A stretch of DNA of 64,000 nt from Candidatus Binataceae bacterium (lineage in GTDB: Bacteria > Desulfobacterota > Binatia > Binatales > Binataceae). Shown one piece after another: positions 9,775 through 19,530 of this stretch (positions are counted from its first letter, which is position 1; every line of letters begins with the position of its first letter). Below the pieces are notes generated by a model, which saw only the letters and a program-made list of their open reading frames with translations, was not told where the DNA came from and searched no databases. The stretch covers positions 11,422 through 75,421 of the forward strand of contig DASXMJ010000023.1 in assembly GCA_036495685.1 (NCBI GenBank), in the 5' to 3' direction. Position numbers and translations under genes: made by a program.

Positions 9775-10314
9775 ATGCGATGCCCTCAGTGCGGTTTTGA
9801 GGCAGCCCAGGGCGCGATGTTTTGCTCGCGCTGCGGCACCCGGTTGTTCGCGCCGAAGCCGGCGGCGATACGCGAGTACGCGCTCCTCAAAGTCCGCCCT
9901 TCGCTATGGTACTGCGCCAACTTCTTCATCGTCGGTTTGCTGGTAACCGCGTTCGGCGGACGTACTTTGTATGTTCAGCACAACCTGTGGCGCATCGCCT
10001 TCGCGCTGATGGCGCTGGGAGTCGTAATTTTCGTGAGCGGATTCGTGGCAAACCGTTCGGTGGATTGGAGCGTGACTTCGGACCGGATAATCGAGCGCCG
10101 AGGGGTGCTCGCGACTACTCGCCGGGAGATGGAGCTTGCCGACATTCGCTCGGTCGAAGTTTCGCAACGCTTCCTGCAGCGGATGCTCGGGCTCGGAGAT
10201 GTGACGATCGCGTCCGCGGCGAGCGCGGACTTCATCGTTCATCTGAGCCATGTCGCCAAGCCAGGCCAGATCGCTGAGACCGTGCGCCAGGCGCGTCTGA
10301 AGAGGCTCGCCTGA
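9775..10314 (+). CDS. Zinc-ribbon + bacterial PH (bPH_2/YdbT-like) domain membrane protein
   Basis: N-terminal CPQCG...CSRCG zinc ribbon, two predicted TM helices, and a C-terminal PH-like region. Start moved from the GTG at 9754 to the ATG at 9775, which follows a GAGGTGAGGTGG RBS. Confidence 0.6.
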   Translation: MRCPQCGFEAAQGAMFCSRCGTRLFAPKPAAIREYALLKVRPSLWYCANFFIVGLLVTAFGGRTLYVQHNLWRIAFALMALGVVIFVSGFVANRSVDWSVTSDRIIERRGVLATTRREMELADIRSVEVSQRFLQRMLGLGDVTIASAASADFIVHLSHVAKPGQIAETVRQARLKRLA

Positions 10315-10316
10315 CC

Positions 10317-10952
10317 ATGACCCGTCATCCCGACCTACGCCACGAACGCAAACTCTGGCGTACCGGCATCGAGACGGTCGCGGGAGTCGACGAGGCGGGG
10401 GTCGGCCCGATGGCGGGTCCGGTGGTTGCCGCCGCGGTGATCTTTCAGCCGGAAACGTTTATAAAGGGCGTGCACGATTCCAAGCAGCTGCTCGTCGAAC
10501 AGCGCGAGGAACTGCACGTTAAGATCCGCGAACGCGCGCTTACCTTCGGCATCGGGGTCGCGGAGGTCGAGGAGATCGATCGCCTCAACATCTATTGGGC
10601 AACCATGCGCGCCATCGAGCGTGCGCTCGGGGCCCTCAAGCGAGCGCCGGAACACGTATTGATCGATGGCCGCAAGGTTCCCGGCCTGGCGATCCCGCAG
10701 ACCCATATCGTCGGTGGCGATCGCAAGAGTTTCTGCATCGCCGCCGCCTCGATTCTCGCCAAGGTAACCCGCGACCGAATCATGGCTGCTTATGATGACC
10801 AGTACCCCGGCTACGGCTTCGCCCAGCACAAGGGCTACTGCACAGCGGATCATTTTCAGCTCCTCGAACAGCTCGGGCCTTCTCCGATCCATCGCCGTTC
10901 GTTCTCCCCGGTGGCGCTCGCCGCGCAGCTGAAGCTGGATCTGATCGGCTGA
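10317..10952 (+). CDS. rnhB: Ribonuclease HII
   Basis: GVDEAGVGPMAGPVVAAAVIF...DSKQL...IAAASILAKVTRD are RNase HII motifs. Confidence 0.9.
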   Translation: MTRHPDLRHERKLWRTGIETVAGVDEAGVGPMAGPVVAAAVIFQPETFIKGVHDSKQLLVEQREELHVKIRERALTFGIGVAEVEEIDRLNIYWATMRAIERALGALKRAPEHVLIDGRKVPGLAIPQTHIVGGDRKSFCIAAASILAKVTRDRIMAAYDDQYPGYGFAQHKGYCTADHFQLLEQLGPSPIHRRSFSPVALAAQLKLDLIG

Positions 10953-11048
10953 ACTGTATACTACTTGACTATAACTGTATGAATGTTGATTAACCCTTTC
11001 TTGATTGATCGCAGTTAATCATCTAGCGTGAGTTTGAGGGTTTCTTTT

Positions 11049-12056
11049 ATGGCGCTAGAACGCGATAAGCATTCCGCCCAGCGTGCGCTGCTCACCCTCC
11101 AGGAGACGCAGCTGCTAGAGCTCTACCGCCGGATGGTGCTGATCCGGCAGTTCGAGGAGAAAACCGCCGAGATGTACGCGCGCGGCAAGATCACCGGCTT
11201 CTGCCATCTGTACGCGGGCGAGGAGGCGGTTGCTGTCGGTGCGATCTACGCGCTTTACGACAAGGACTACGTCCTCTCCACCTACCGCGAGCACGGACAC
11301 TGCCTGGCCAAGGGCGCCGACCCCAAGGTGGTGATGGCTGAGCTGTTCGGAAAGATTACCGGGATCTCCAAGGGGCGGGGCGGCTCGATGCACCTGTTCG
11401 ACCCCGATCTGCGCTTCATGGGCGGCTACGCCATCGTCGGTGGCGGACTGCCGATCGCAACCGGGCTGGGACTTTCGGTGCAGTACAACGAAGGCCCCGA
11501 GGTGGTGTGCTGCTTCTTCGGCGACGGCGCGCTGCCGCAGGGCGCGTTTCACGAATCGCTCAACATGGCATCGCTGTGGAAGCTGCCGGTTGTGTTCGTC
11601 TGCGAGAACAACTTTTATGGCATGGGCACGATGGTGCAGAACGCCATCTGTCAGGAAGAACTCTACCGCTTCGCGGAACCGTACAAGATGCCGGGCGTGC
11701 GGGTGGACGGAATGGATGTGCTGGAAGTTTACGGCGCCACCATGGAGGCGGTCGCCCGGGCCCGCGAAGGCGACGGCCCTTCATTGATTGAAGCCGTCAC
11801 CTATCGGTTCCGCGGGCACTCGATGTCGGATCCCGCCGAGTACCGGTCCAAGCGCGAGGAGCGCATCTGGCAGGAGCGCGACCCCATCAAGAATCTCCGT
11901 CGCCGGATGCTCGGCGAACGGCACGTCGCGGAGGCGCGCCTCGGCGACATTGAAGCCGCGGTGGCCCGCGAGATCGAGGAAGCGGTGAAGTTCGCGGACG
12001 AAAGTCCCGAGCCTTCGGTCGACGAACTGGGCACAGGCATCTACGCGGGCTCCTGA
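11049..12056 (+). CDS. pdhA: Pyruvate dehydrogenase E1 component alpha subunit (TPP-dependent)
   Basis: MYARGKITGFCHLYAGEEAVAVG...GKGGSMH...YRFRGHSMSDPAEYR. ATG at 11049 is preferred over the GTG at 11028. Confidence 0.9.
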   Translation: MALERDKHSAQRALLTLQETQLLELYRRMVLIRQFEEKTAEMYARGKITGFCHLYAGEEAVAVGAIYALYDKDYVLSTYREHGHCLAKGADPKVVMAELFGKITGISKGRGGSMHLFDPDLRFMGGYAIVGGGLPIATGLGLSVQYNEGPEVVCCFFGDGALPQGAFHESLNMASLWKLPVVFVCENNFYGMGTMVQNAICQEELYRFAEPYKMPGVRVDGMDVLEVYGATMEAVARAREGDGPSLIEAVTYRFRGHSMSDPAEYRSKREERIWQERDPIKNLRRRMLGERHVAEARLGDIEAAVAREIEEAVKFADESPEPSVDELGTGIYAGS

Positions 12057-12069
12057 AGGGACTTTTCCA

Positions 12070-13044
12070 ATGGCGAAAATCAGCTATCGCGAAGCTCTCA
12101 ACATCGCGCTGCGCGAGGAACTCGACCGCGACGAGCGCGTTTTTATCATGGGCGAGGAAGTCGGCTACTTCGGCGGCGCCTTCAAAGTGACCGACGGGCT
12201 GCTGGCGGTGTACGGCGAGAAACGCATCCGGGACACTCCCATTTCGGAACTCTCGATAGTGGGTGCGGGGGTTGGCGCCGCGATGGGCGGGCTCAAGCCG
12301 GTAGTCGAATTGATGACCATAAATTTTGGCCTGCTCGCGATGGATCAGATCGTCAACCACGCGGCCAAGATCCATTACATGTTCGGCGGCAAGGCCAAGG
12401 TGCCGCTGGTGATTCGTGCGCCGCAAGGCGGGGGCCATCAACTCGGCGCCCAGCACAGCCAGAGCCTGGAGGCGTACTTTCTGCATTGCCCGGGCCTGCG
12501 CGTGGCAATTCCCGCAACCCCGGCCGACGCCAAGGGCCTGCTGAAAACCGCGATTCGCGGGGACGATCCGGTGATGTTTCTGGAGCACGAATCGCTCTAC
12601 GGAATCAAAGGTGAGGTTCCGGACGACAAGGACTTTGTGGTCCCGTTTGGAAAGGCCGTGGTGTTGCGCGAAGGCAAGGACCTCACCATCGTCGCCTACT
12701 CCAAGTGCGTGTACGATGCGCTGGCGGCGGCCGAAGCGCTTGAGGAGGGCGGCATCGACGCCGAGGTTATCGACCTGCGAACCTTGAATCCGCTCGATCT
12801 CGAAACCCTCGTCACCTCCACCAAGAAGACCGGGAAAGTGATCATCGCCTACGAAGGATGGCGCACCGGCGGCGCCGGTGCCGAGATCGCCTCGCAGATC
12901 TACGAAGCCGCCTTCGATCATCTCGACGCCCCGGTGGGACGCGTCGCTTCGCTCGACACTCCGATGCCCTACAACGCCAAGCTCGAGCACGCGGTCCTGC
13001 CGAGCTCGGGCGACATAGTTAAAGCCGCCGAGGAAATGATGTAG
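12070..13044 (+). CDS. pdhB: Pyruvate dehydrogenase E1 component beta subunit
   Basis: Transketolase-like pyrimidine-binding and C-terminal domains (ISYREALNIALREEL...VFIMGEEVG...). Confidence 0.9.
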   Translation: MAKISYREALNIALREELDRDERVFIMGEEVGYFGGAFKVTDGLLAVYGEKRIRDTPISELSIVGAGVGAAMGGLKPVVELMTINFGLLAMDQIVNHAAKIHYMFGGKAKVPLVIRAPQGGGHQLGAQHSQSLEAYFLHCPGLRVAIPATPADAKGLLKTAIRGDDPVMFLEHESLYGIKGEVPDDKDFVVPFGKAVVLREGKDLTIVAYSKCVYDALAAAEALEEGGIDAEVIDLRTLNPLDLETLVTSTKKTGKVIIAYEGWRTGGAGAEIASQIYEAAFDHLDAPVGRVASLDTPMPYNAKLEHAVLPSSGDIVKAAEEMM

Positions 13045-13085
13045 CGCGCCGCAGCGACCGGCCACGCCGTCGGAAAGAGCCAGCC

Positions 13086-14477
13086 ATGAGCAACGAAATT
13101 GTAATGCCCAAGCTCTCCGATACGATGGAAGAAGGCAAGATTCTCCGTTGGCTTAAGCACCCCGGGGACACCATCCACCAGGGCGAGCCAATCGCGGAAG
13201 TCGAAACCGACAAGGCCGACATGGTGCTGGAGTCGTTTGCGGAAGGGATCCTCGATCAGATCAAGCTCAAGGAAGGCGAGAGCGCCCCGGTCGGAGCGGT
13301 GATCGCGACGATGCGCGGCGCGGGCGACGCCACCCGGCCTTCTGCCGCTGCGGAATCCGTCAATGGACCGAGTGCCGAGACCAAGTCGAAACCAGTGGAA
13401 AAGAAAAGCGCACCAATCCCGATTCGACCGAAGACCAGGAAAGACCTTCCTGCCGCACCCACCCCGCCGCCACCGTCGGCCGCGGACGAGGACGTGAGCG
13501 AGGAAGTGCATCCCGCGATGAGTTCACGGCGCTCCGCCGCACCCACCGCCATTCCGATGCCTCCGCGCGCTCCCACCGCCACTTTGGTCGATCGCGTCGA
13601 ACCGTCCCCCGACGGGCACAAGTTCCGCGCCTCGCCGCTCGCACGGCGCGCTGCCGAGGAAGCGGGAATCGACCTTGCCGCCGTACACGGCACCGGCCCG
13701 GAGGGTCGGATCACGAAACGCGACATCGACAACTTTCTGCGCGAGCAGCAGCTCTTCCGCTTTCGCCGCATCGTTTCGCCGCGCGAGGGTGCGCCGGGGT
13801 CGCACGAAGACCTGTCCAGAATGCGCAAGACCATCGCGAATCGGATGGCTGCATCCAAACGCGAGATTCCGCACTTCTACGTGACGATGGAAATCGACAT
13901 GGCGGAAGCGGTGAAACTCAAGACCTCGCTCGCCCAGGCCGAACTGATCGAAGAGGACATCACCTACAACGACATTATCGTAAAGGCCCTCGCGCTGGCG
14001 CTGGCACGCTATCCGCGAATCAATGCCTCCTTCGAGAACGATGGCATCACGATTCATCCGAATATCAACATCGGCGTCGCGGTCGCGGTCGAAGATGGTC
14101 TGGTGGTCCCGGTGATCCACGCATGCGAGCAGCTCTCACTAATCGAGATCGCCGGGGTGGCACATCGCCTGGTGGCAAAAGCCGGGCGCGGCGGTTTCAC
14201 CGCCGGTGAGTTGTCAGGCGCGACCTTCACGATTTCCAACATGGGCATGCTTGGCATCGAACATTTCGCCGCCGTGATCGTTCCGCCGCAGGCCGCGATC
14301 CTGGCGGCGAGCGCAATCAAGGATCGCCCGGTAGTGCGCGACGGCGCGCTCGCGGTTGGTAAGACCATGATGGCGACGATGTCGTGCGACCATCGGATCA
14401 TCGACGGGGTGGTCGCGGGTCGGTTCCTCCAGGAACTGAAGCGGTTCCTGGAAAATCCGGCGAGCCTGCTGCTGTGA
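13086..14477 (+). CDS. pdhC: Dihydrolipoamide acetyltransferase (PDH E2)
   Basis: N-terminal lipoyl domain (ETDKADMVLES), an Ala/Pro-rich linker, a peripheral-subunit-binding domain, and a catalytic domain ending in DHRIIDG. Confidence 0.9.
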   Translation: MSNEIVMPKLSDTMEEGKILRWLKHPGDTIHQGEPIAEVETDKADMVLESFAEGILDQIKLKEGESAPVGAVIATMRGAGDATRPSAAAESVNGPSAETKSKPVEKKSAPIPIRPKTRKDLPAAPTPPPPSAADEDVSEEVHPAMSSRRSAAPTAIPMPPRAPTATLVDRVEPSPDGHKFRASPLARRAAEEAGIDLAAVHGTGPEGRITKRDIDNFLREQQLFRFRRIVSPREGAPGSHEDLSRMRKTIANRMAASKREIPHFYVTMEIDMAEAVKLKTSLAQAELIEEDITYNDIIVKALALALARYPRINASFENDGITIHPNINIGVAVAVEDGLVVPVIHACEQLSLIEIAGVAHRLVAKAGRGGFTAGELSGATFTISNMGMLGIEHFAAVIVPPQAAILAASAIKDRPVVRDGALAVGKTMMATMSCDHRIIDGVVAGRFLQELKRFLENPASLLL

Positions 14478-14547
14478 GCCATGCTTCGCTAGAATGATGG
14501 TGTGACCCGCGCGTGCACCATCAGCGCAGGCCCGAAAGGATCTCAGC

Positions 14548-15960
14548 TTGGCAAACTCCCGCTACGACCTGGTGGTAATCGGCTCCGGACCCGGCGGCTA
14601 CGTTGCCGCGATTCGCGCCAGCCAATTGAAAATGAACGTCGCGGTAGTGGAGCGCGACCGCCCGGGCGGCGTGTGTCTTAACTGGGGCTGCATCCCCTCG
14701 AAGGCTTTGCTGAGTTCCGCCGAGGCGATGGAGACCATTCGGGGCGCGAGCCGGGAGCATGGAATTGAAGTCGGCGAAATTCGTTTTGATTTCAAGAAAG
14801 TGATCGCACGCTCGCGAGCCGCGGCCGAGAAGCTCTCGCGCGGCGTCCGTTTTCTGTTCAAAAAGAATAAAATCGATTTGTATGAAGCCAATGCAGAGGT
14901 CATCGGACCGAACACGGTGGCGCTGCAGGCACTGGACGGCAAGCCGGCTCTCGACGTTAAGCGGCTCGAGGCCGAGCGCATCCTGCTCGCGGCGGGCTCC
15001 GGCGAACGATTGTTCCCGGGCATGCAGATCGGCGACGGCGTGATGACCAGCAAGGAAGCGCTGGTGCGTGATTCGCTGCCAGCCAGCATCGCCATCATCG
15101 GCGCCGGCGCAATCGGGCTCGAGTTTGGCTACTTTTACCAGGCGTTTGGCACCAAGGTGACGATCATCGAGCTCGAAAATCAGATGCTGCCCGGCTTTGA
15201 TGCGGAAATCGCCGAGGAGCTGCGCCGCGCGTTCGTCAAGCGCGAAGTTATCGTGCTGCTCGGTCACGGCTACAAGTCGATGGCGCGCGACGGCGATATG
15301 TGGAGCGTCACGGTTGATGGCGCGGGCGCGGAGAAGTCCGTCCAGGCTGAGGCCGTGCTGGTGGCGGTGGGACGCGCGCCGCTGAGCGCAAAGCTTGGAC
15401 TGGAGAAGGTCGGCGTGGAGTTGGAGCGGGGAGGATTCATCAAGATCGATGACTCATTCCGTACCACCTGCCCGAGCATCTATGCGATCGGGGATGTTGG
15501 GCGGCCTCCCCTGCTCGCGCACAAGGCTTCAGGTGAGGGAGTCGCCGCGGTTGAGATCATGGCGGGAGTCCGTCAGCCCGGGTTCGATTTGCTCTCGATC
15601 GCGGGCTGCATCTACTGCGAGCCCGAAGTCGCCACGGTCGGGCTTAGCGAGGCGGATGCGAAGGCGCGCGGGATCGAGGTAAAGGTCGGCAAGATTCCGT
15701 TCCGGGCCATGGGAAAGGCGGTCGCGATCGGTCACCCCGACGGGTTTGTCAAGCTGGTGGTCTCCAAAGAGTACAGCGAAGTGATCGGATGCCAGATAAT
15801 CGGCAACCACGCGACCGATCTGATTTCGGAGGTGGTGCTCGGCAAAACCCTGGAAGCGACCACCGCCGAATTCGGGCATACCGTACATCCACATCCGACG
15901 ATGTCGGAAGCCATTATGGAAGCAGCGCTGGCCGCAGAGGGTGAGGCAATAAATTACTAA
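14548..15960 (+). CDS. lpdA: Dihydrolipoyl dehydrogenase (E3)
   Basis: GSGPGGYVAAIRA...GGVCLNWGCIPSK redox disulfide plus FAD and NAD folds. Confidence 0.92.
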   Translation: MANSRYDLVVIGSGPGGYVAAIRASQLKMNVAVVERDRPGGVCLNWGCIPSKALLSSAEAMETIRGASREHGIEVGEIRFDFKKVIARSRAAAEKLSRGVRFLFKKNKIDLYEANAEVIGPNTVALQALDGKPALDVKRLEAERILLAAGSGERLFPGMQIGDGVMTSKEALVRDSLPASIAIIGAGAIGLEFGYFYQAFGTKVTIIELENQMLPGFDAEIAEELRRAFVKREVIVLLGHGYKSMARDGDMWSVTVDGAGAEKSVQAEAVLVAVGRAPLSAKLGLEKVGVELERGGFIKIDDSFRTTCPSIYAIGDVGRPPLLAHKASGEGVAAVEIMAGVRQPGFDLLSIAGCIYCEPEVATVGLSEADAKARGIEVKVGKIPFRAMGKAVAIGHPDGFVKLVVSKEYSEVIGCQIIGNHATDLISEVVLGKTLEATTAEFGHTVHPHPTMSEAIMEAALAAEGEAINY

Positions 15961-16010
15961 ACCTCCCTGACCCGGTTCAAGACAACCAGCGGAGTAGTTC
16001 ACTGATCAAG

Positions 16011-16727
16011 ATGGGAGAGCAACTCGCGATAGTCGACTTGGGAAATGTCGAATACCAGCGCGCGCACGCCCTCCAGCAAGCGCTGGTCGGGGCGCGGCTG
16101 CACGAGCAGATATCCGACACCCTCCTGGTCCTCGAACACCCGCACGTCTACACGCTCGGCCGCGGCGCTGACGAGAAGTTCATCCTGGCCCCGCGTGCCA
16201 AGGTGCCTGTCATCCGGGTCTCGCGCGGGGGGCAAGTCACCTATCACGGACCCGGGCAAGTAGTCGCCTATCCGATCCTGAAACTCGAAGGGCCGGCGCG
16301 TGACGTGGGCCGCTATCTGCGCCAATTGGAGCAGGTCATGATCGACGCGCTCGCACAGCATGGCGTTTGCGCGGAGCGCCGCGACCGGCTCACCGGAGTC
16401 TGGATCGGAGCCCGCAAGATCGCGTCGATTGGAGTGGGTATTCGCCGCTGGGTCACGTATCACGGGCTCGCACTCAACCTAAGCACGGATTTGTCTTATT
16501 TCGATTCGATCGTCCCGTGCGGAATCGAGGGATGTCGAATGACTTCGCTGGCACGACTGGGGCGCGAGGATATCGGCATGGCCGAATTCACCTACAGTCT
16601 GTGCGAGAATTTTCGCAAGGTTCTTGGCTACGCCCAGCTGACTTACCCGAACGGTGAGACAATCTGGAGCTGGTCGGACCAGCGACCGAATAGCGCCGAA
16701 CCTCCCGCAAATGAAGCCTCCGGCTAG
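16011..16727 (+). CDS. lipB: Octanoyltransferase LipB
   Basis: LVLEHPHVYTLGRG...RGGQVTYHGPGQVVAYPIL...ARKIASIG; it is adjacent to lipA. Confidence 0.88.
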   Translation: MGEQLAIVDLGNVEYQRAHALQQALVGARLHEQISDTLLVLEHPHVYTLGRGADEKFILAPRAKVPVIRVSRGGQVTYHGPGQVVAYPILKLEGPARDVGRYLRQLEQVMIDALAQHGVCAERRDRLTGVWIGARKIASIGVGIRRWVTYHGLALNLSTDLSYFDSIVPCGIEGCRMTSLARLGREDIGMAEFTYSLCENFRKVLGYAQLTYPNGETIWSWSDQRPNSAEPPANEASG

Positions 16728-16732
16728 CAGAT

Positions 16733-17596
16733 ATGGTTGAGCGGAAACATCCCGACTGGATCAAAGTTCGCGCGCCCGTCTCGCCCGAGTATTTCCGTAC
16801 CCGCGCCATCCTCGGCGAACTGAAACTGCACAGCGTCTGCCAGGAGGCATGCTGTCCGAATATCGGTGAATGTTTCTCGCATCACACCGCCACCTTCATG
16901 CTCATGGGCGATGTCTGCACGCGCAATTGCCCCTACTGTGCCGTAGCCCATGGCAAAGTCCGCCCGCTCGATCCGGATGAGCCGCGGCGCATCGCCGAGG
17001 CGGTCGCTCGACTTGGTCTCCAACACGTTGTCGTGACCTCGGTGGATCGCGATGATCTGCCGGATGGTGGAGCGGCGCATTTCGCAGCAACCACGCGCGC
17101 AATCAAACAGGCGCTGCCCGCAACCCGGGTCGAGGTTCTGGTGCCAGATTTCCAAGGATCGTTCGCCAGCGTCGAAACGGTCGTGGCCTCTCCGGTCGAC
17201 ATTTACAACCATAACGTGGAGACGGTGCCGAGCCTGTATCGCAAAGCACGGCCGGGCGGGCAGTACCGCCGTTCTCTCGAGGTTCTATGGCACGCAAAAG
17301 ATCGCGCGCGATCGCTTAAACGAAACCTCCTCACCAAGACCGGAGTTATGCTCGGCCTGGGCGAGCGACGCGACGAACTGCTCGAGGTGATGCGCGACTT
17401 GCGTGAAATCGAGTGCGACATACTGACCCTAGGCCAATATCTCCGCCCCTCCAAGGAACACCTTCCCGTCGAACGTTACGTCACTCCGCAGGAATTCTCC
17501 GATCTGAAGCGGACCGGTATGGAACTCGGTTTCCGCCACGTGGAGTCGGGTCCCCTGGTGCGCAGCTCTTACCACGCCTGGGAACACGTTAACTGA
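16733..17596 (+). CDS. lipA: Lipoyl synthase LipA (radical SAM)
   Basis: CQEACCPNIGEC and CTRNCPYC cysteine motifs typical of LipA. Confidence 0.92.
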   Translation: MVERKHPDWIKVRAPVSPEYFRTRAILGELKLHSVCQEACCPNIGECFSHHTATFMLMGDVCTRNCPYCAVAHGKVRPLDPDEPRRIAEAVARLGLQHVVVTSVDRDDLPDGGAAHFAATTRAIKQALPATRVEVLVPDFQGSFASVETVVASPVDIYNHNVETVPSLYRKARPGGQYRRSLEVLWHAKDRARSLKRNLLTKTGVMLGLGERRDELLEVMRDLREIECDILTLGQYLRPSKEHLPVERYVTPQEFSDLKRTGMELGFRHVESGPLVRSSYHAWEHVN

Positions 17597-17941
17597 AGCC
17601 ACTGGAAGGTTTCTTGGTCGAGGTTCTGAGACTCGACCTGGTCTCGTTCAATGTCGAATCAGGTCGAAGCCTGAACTGGGCTTGTGACCGGCCGGAGGCA
17701 GAGCGCTAAGCGGCTCATCGTCTAAGCCTCGCGGACCTCTTTCAGGGCAACCCCAACTATCGCCGGGCGATAGCACTGGTGTTCAGGGTACAATCACAGC
17801 CTCGATAGCCGCCGGGATAGTCCCGCGCGTAGTTGCTGACGCTAACCAAAATCTGGCCAGCGTTTTCGCCAGACAGAAACGGGCTGCCAGTGACCAACAC
17901 CGACAGCCCGCTGGATTTCAACAGCCTTGGCGTCCACTGCC

Positions 17942-18802
17942 TCAGTTCCTGGACCTCAGTTCCTGAACCTGGTGTTGGCGAGTCTGCAGGTAGAAATCCT
18001 GTACCGCTCCGTAGAGATCGACTGCATAACGGTCGGCTTCTTCGAACTGATCCATGTGCTGCGAGCGGTAGTTCACCGCTTCGCCCAGACGCCATCCAGC
18101 GCTCGCGGAAAATGGCACCCACCAGGACACATTGGTCATATAGGTGAGGTAGGTCAGCGGGTTCATGAACGCGTCGGCGGCTTTTCCTGCCGTGTCGGTC
18201 ACCGTCGAAGGGCCAAGGAAGGGCAGCATCAGATAAGGCCCCGCAGGAACCCCGTAGTAGCGAAGGGTCAGGCCGAAATCGTTCGGACGCTCCTGAAGCC
18301 CAAACCACGTCCCCGCGGGATCAAAAAATCCAGCCAGGCCCAGGGTGCTGTTGATGCCAAAACGCGCAACCTCGGTACCGGCCTGTGGAAAATGCAATTG
18401 AAACAGACTGTTGGTGAAGCGAGGGATTACGTTGACGTTATCGAAGAACTTGCTGACGTGCTCGCGCACCGGCTCGGGCGCGATGAAGGAGTACCCCTTT
18501 GCAACCGGCCGCAAAACCCAGTCATCAAGCTTCAGGTTGACGCTAAACATCGTCTCGTTGAAGGGCGCCAACGGGTCGCTATACACCGCCTGGCTCTCGC
18601 CCGGGGGCAGATTCTCGGCCCCCTGAACGGCGCCTTGGCTGACGGGGTTGTTGCTCAGCGGCGCGATGTCCTGCGCCGAAGCCGTCGCGACAAAGGATAA
18701 CGCGACGAGCAATGAAACCGCCGCGATGGCGCGAGATACGAATCGGCTGCCGATTCGATTCCCCTGTTTTCTGATAAACGCTTTCGTGCTCATCTCCGCC
18801 AA
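17942..18802 (-). CDS. mlaA: MlaA/VacJ family outer-membrane lipoprotein
   Basis: Signal peptide, then DPLAPFNETMFSVNLKLDDWVLRPVAKGY...NFFDN-like motifs of the VacJ family. It lies directly downstream of mlaC. Confidence 0.8.
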   Translation of the reverse strand: MAEMSTKAFIRKQGNRIGSRFVSRAIAAVSLLVALSFVATASAQDIAPLSNNPVSQGAVQGAENLPPGESQAVYSDPLAPFNETMFSVNLKLDDWVLRPVAKGYSFIAPEPVREHVSKFFDNVNVIPRFTNSLFQLHFPQAGTEVARFGINSTLGLAGFFDPAGTWFGLQERPNDFGLTLRYYGVPAGPYLMLPFLGPSTVTDTAGKAADAFMNPLTYLTYMTNVSWWVPFSASAGWRLGEAVNYRSQHMDQFEEADRYAVDLYGAVQDFYLQTRQHQVQELRSRN

Positions 18803-18878
18803 TCAAAGCTCCTTAGGACGAGCGGTCCACCCGAATGTTGCTAGGCTACCATTATCGCCGATTGGGGCAAGCAGCCGG

Positions 18879-19526
18879 TCAGGTTCCCATCGACGCTGCC
18901 AACGAGGCCTCTTTGCTCTTAAGATCGCCAATGAGCGTGCTGTAACCCTTGGTCGCCATGATCCGGTTAAACTGATTGCGATAGTTCGCGATGATACTGA
19001 CCGCATCGACGGTTACATCGTAAATCTGCCAGCGACCCTCCTTGTTAAGTAGCCGGAATTCGAGATCAATCGGACTCTTCCCCGGCATCAGCACGTTGGT
19101 CTTGACCATTGAGTATTGCGTGCCGTCGTTCTGCGCACTCAGGTACTTGACGTCGCCGCTGGTGAATTCGTTGATTTTAGCGAGATAGGAATTCTCGATA
19201 AAGGTGACGAACACCTTCTGGAATTCCTGCTGCTGGTCGGGGGTAATCTGCTTCCAGTAGTACCCCATTGCCGATTTCGACATGGTCCTGAAATCGAAGG
19301 TCGCAGACACGATATCGCGCAATTTCTGCTGGCGCGTCGCGGTGGGAGTCTGCTTATCGCGCAAGACCTCCAGCGCCTGGCCAACGGTCGTCTTTACCAC
19401 CGTCATGGGGTCATCCGCGGCCGCTGCCAGCCGGCTGGCGCCCGAGACCAGCAGAATTGTGCCTAGTGTGAGCGCGGCAAGGCGCTTGAACCTACTGCCT
19501 TTGAGAAGAGCTTTTGAACTTCGCAT
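18879..19526 (-). CDS. mlaC: MlaC (Ttg2D/toluene-tolerance) periplasmic phospholipid-binding protein
   Basis: Signal peptide plus a Ttg2D-like sequence. Start set at MRSSKALL so that it no longer overlaps mlaD. Confidence 0.78.
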   Translation of the reverse strand: MRSSKALLKGSRFKRLAALTLGTILLVSGASRLAAAADDPMTVVKTTVGQALEVLRDKQTPTATRQQKLRDIVSATFDFRTMSKSAMGYYWKQITPDQQQEFQKVFVTFIENSYLAKINEFTSGDVKYLSAQNDGTQYSMVKTNVLMPGKSPIDLEFRLLNKEGRWQIYDVTVDAVSIIANYRNQFNRIMATKGYSTLIGDLKSKEASLAASMGT

Positions 19527-19530
19527 AGCG

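Noticed and set aside
11887-13065. 392-aa minus-strand ORF across pdhB
   Set aside because: Antisense of the E1 beta subunit. Its Gly/Arg-rich product and lack of an RBS mark it as an artefact.
17597-17700. Possible tRNA-like or terminator element after lipA (GTCGAATCAGGTCGA)
   Set aside because: No 7-bp acceptor stem, D-arm or anticodon arm can be drawn. It was kept only as part of the non-coding spacer finding.
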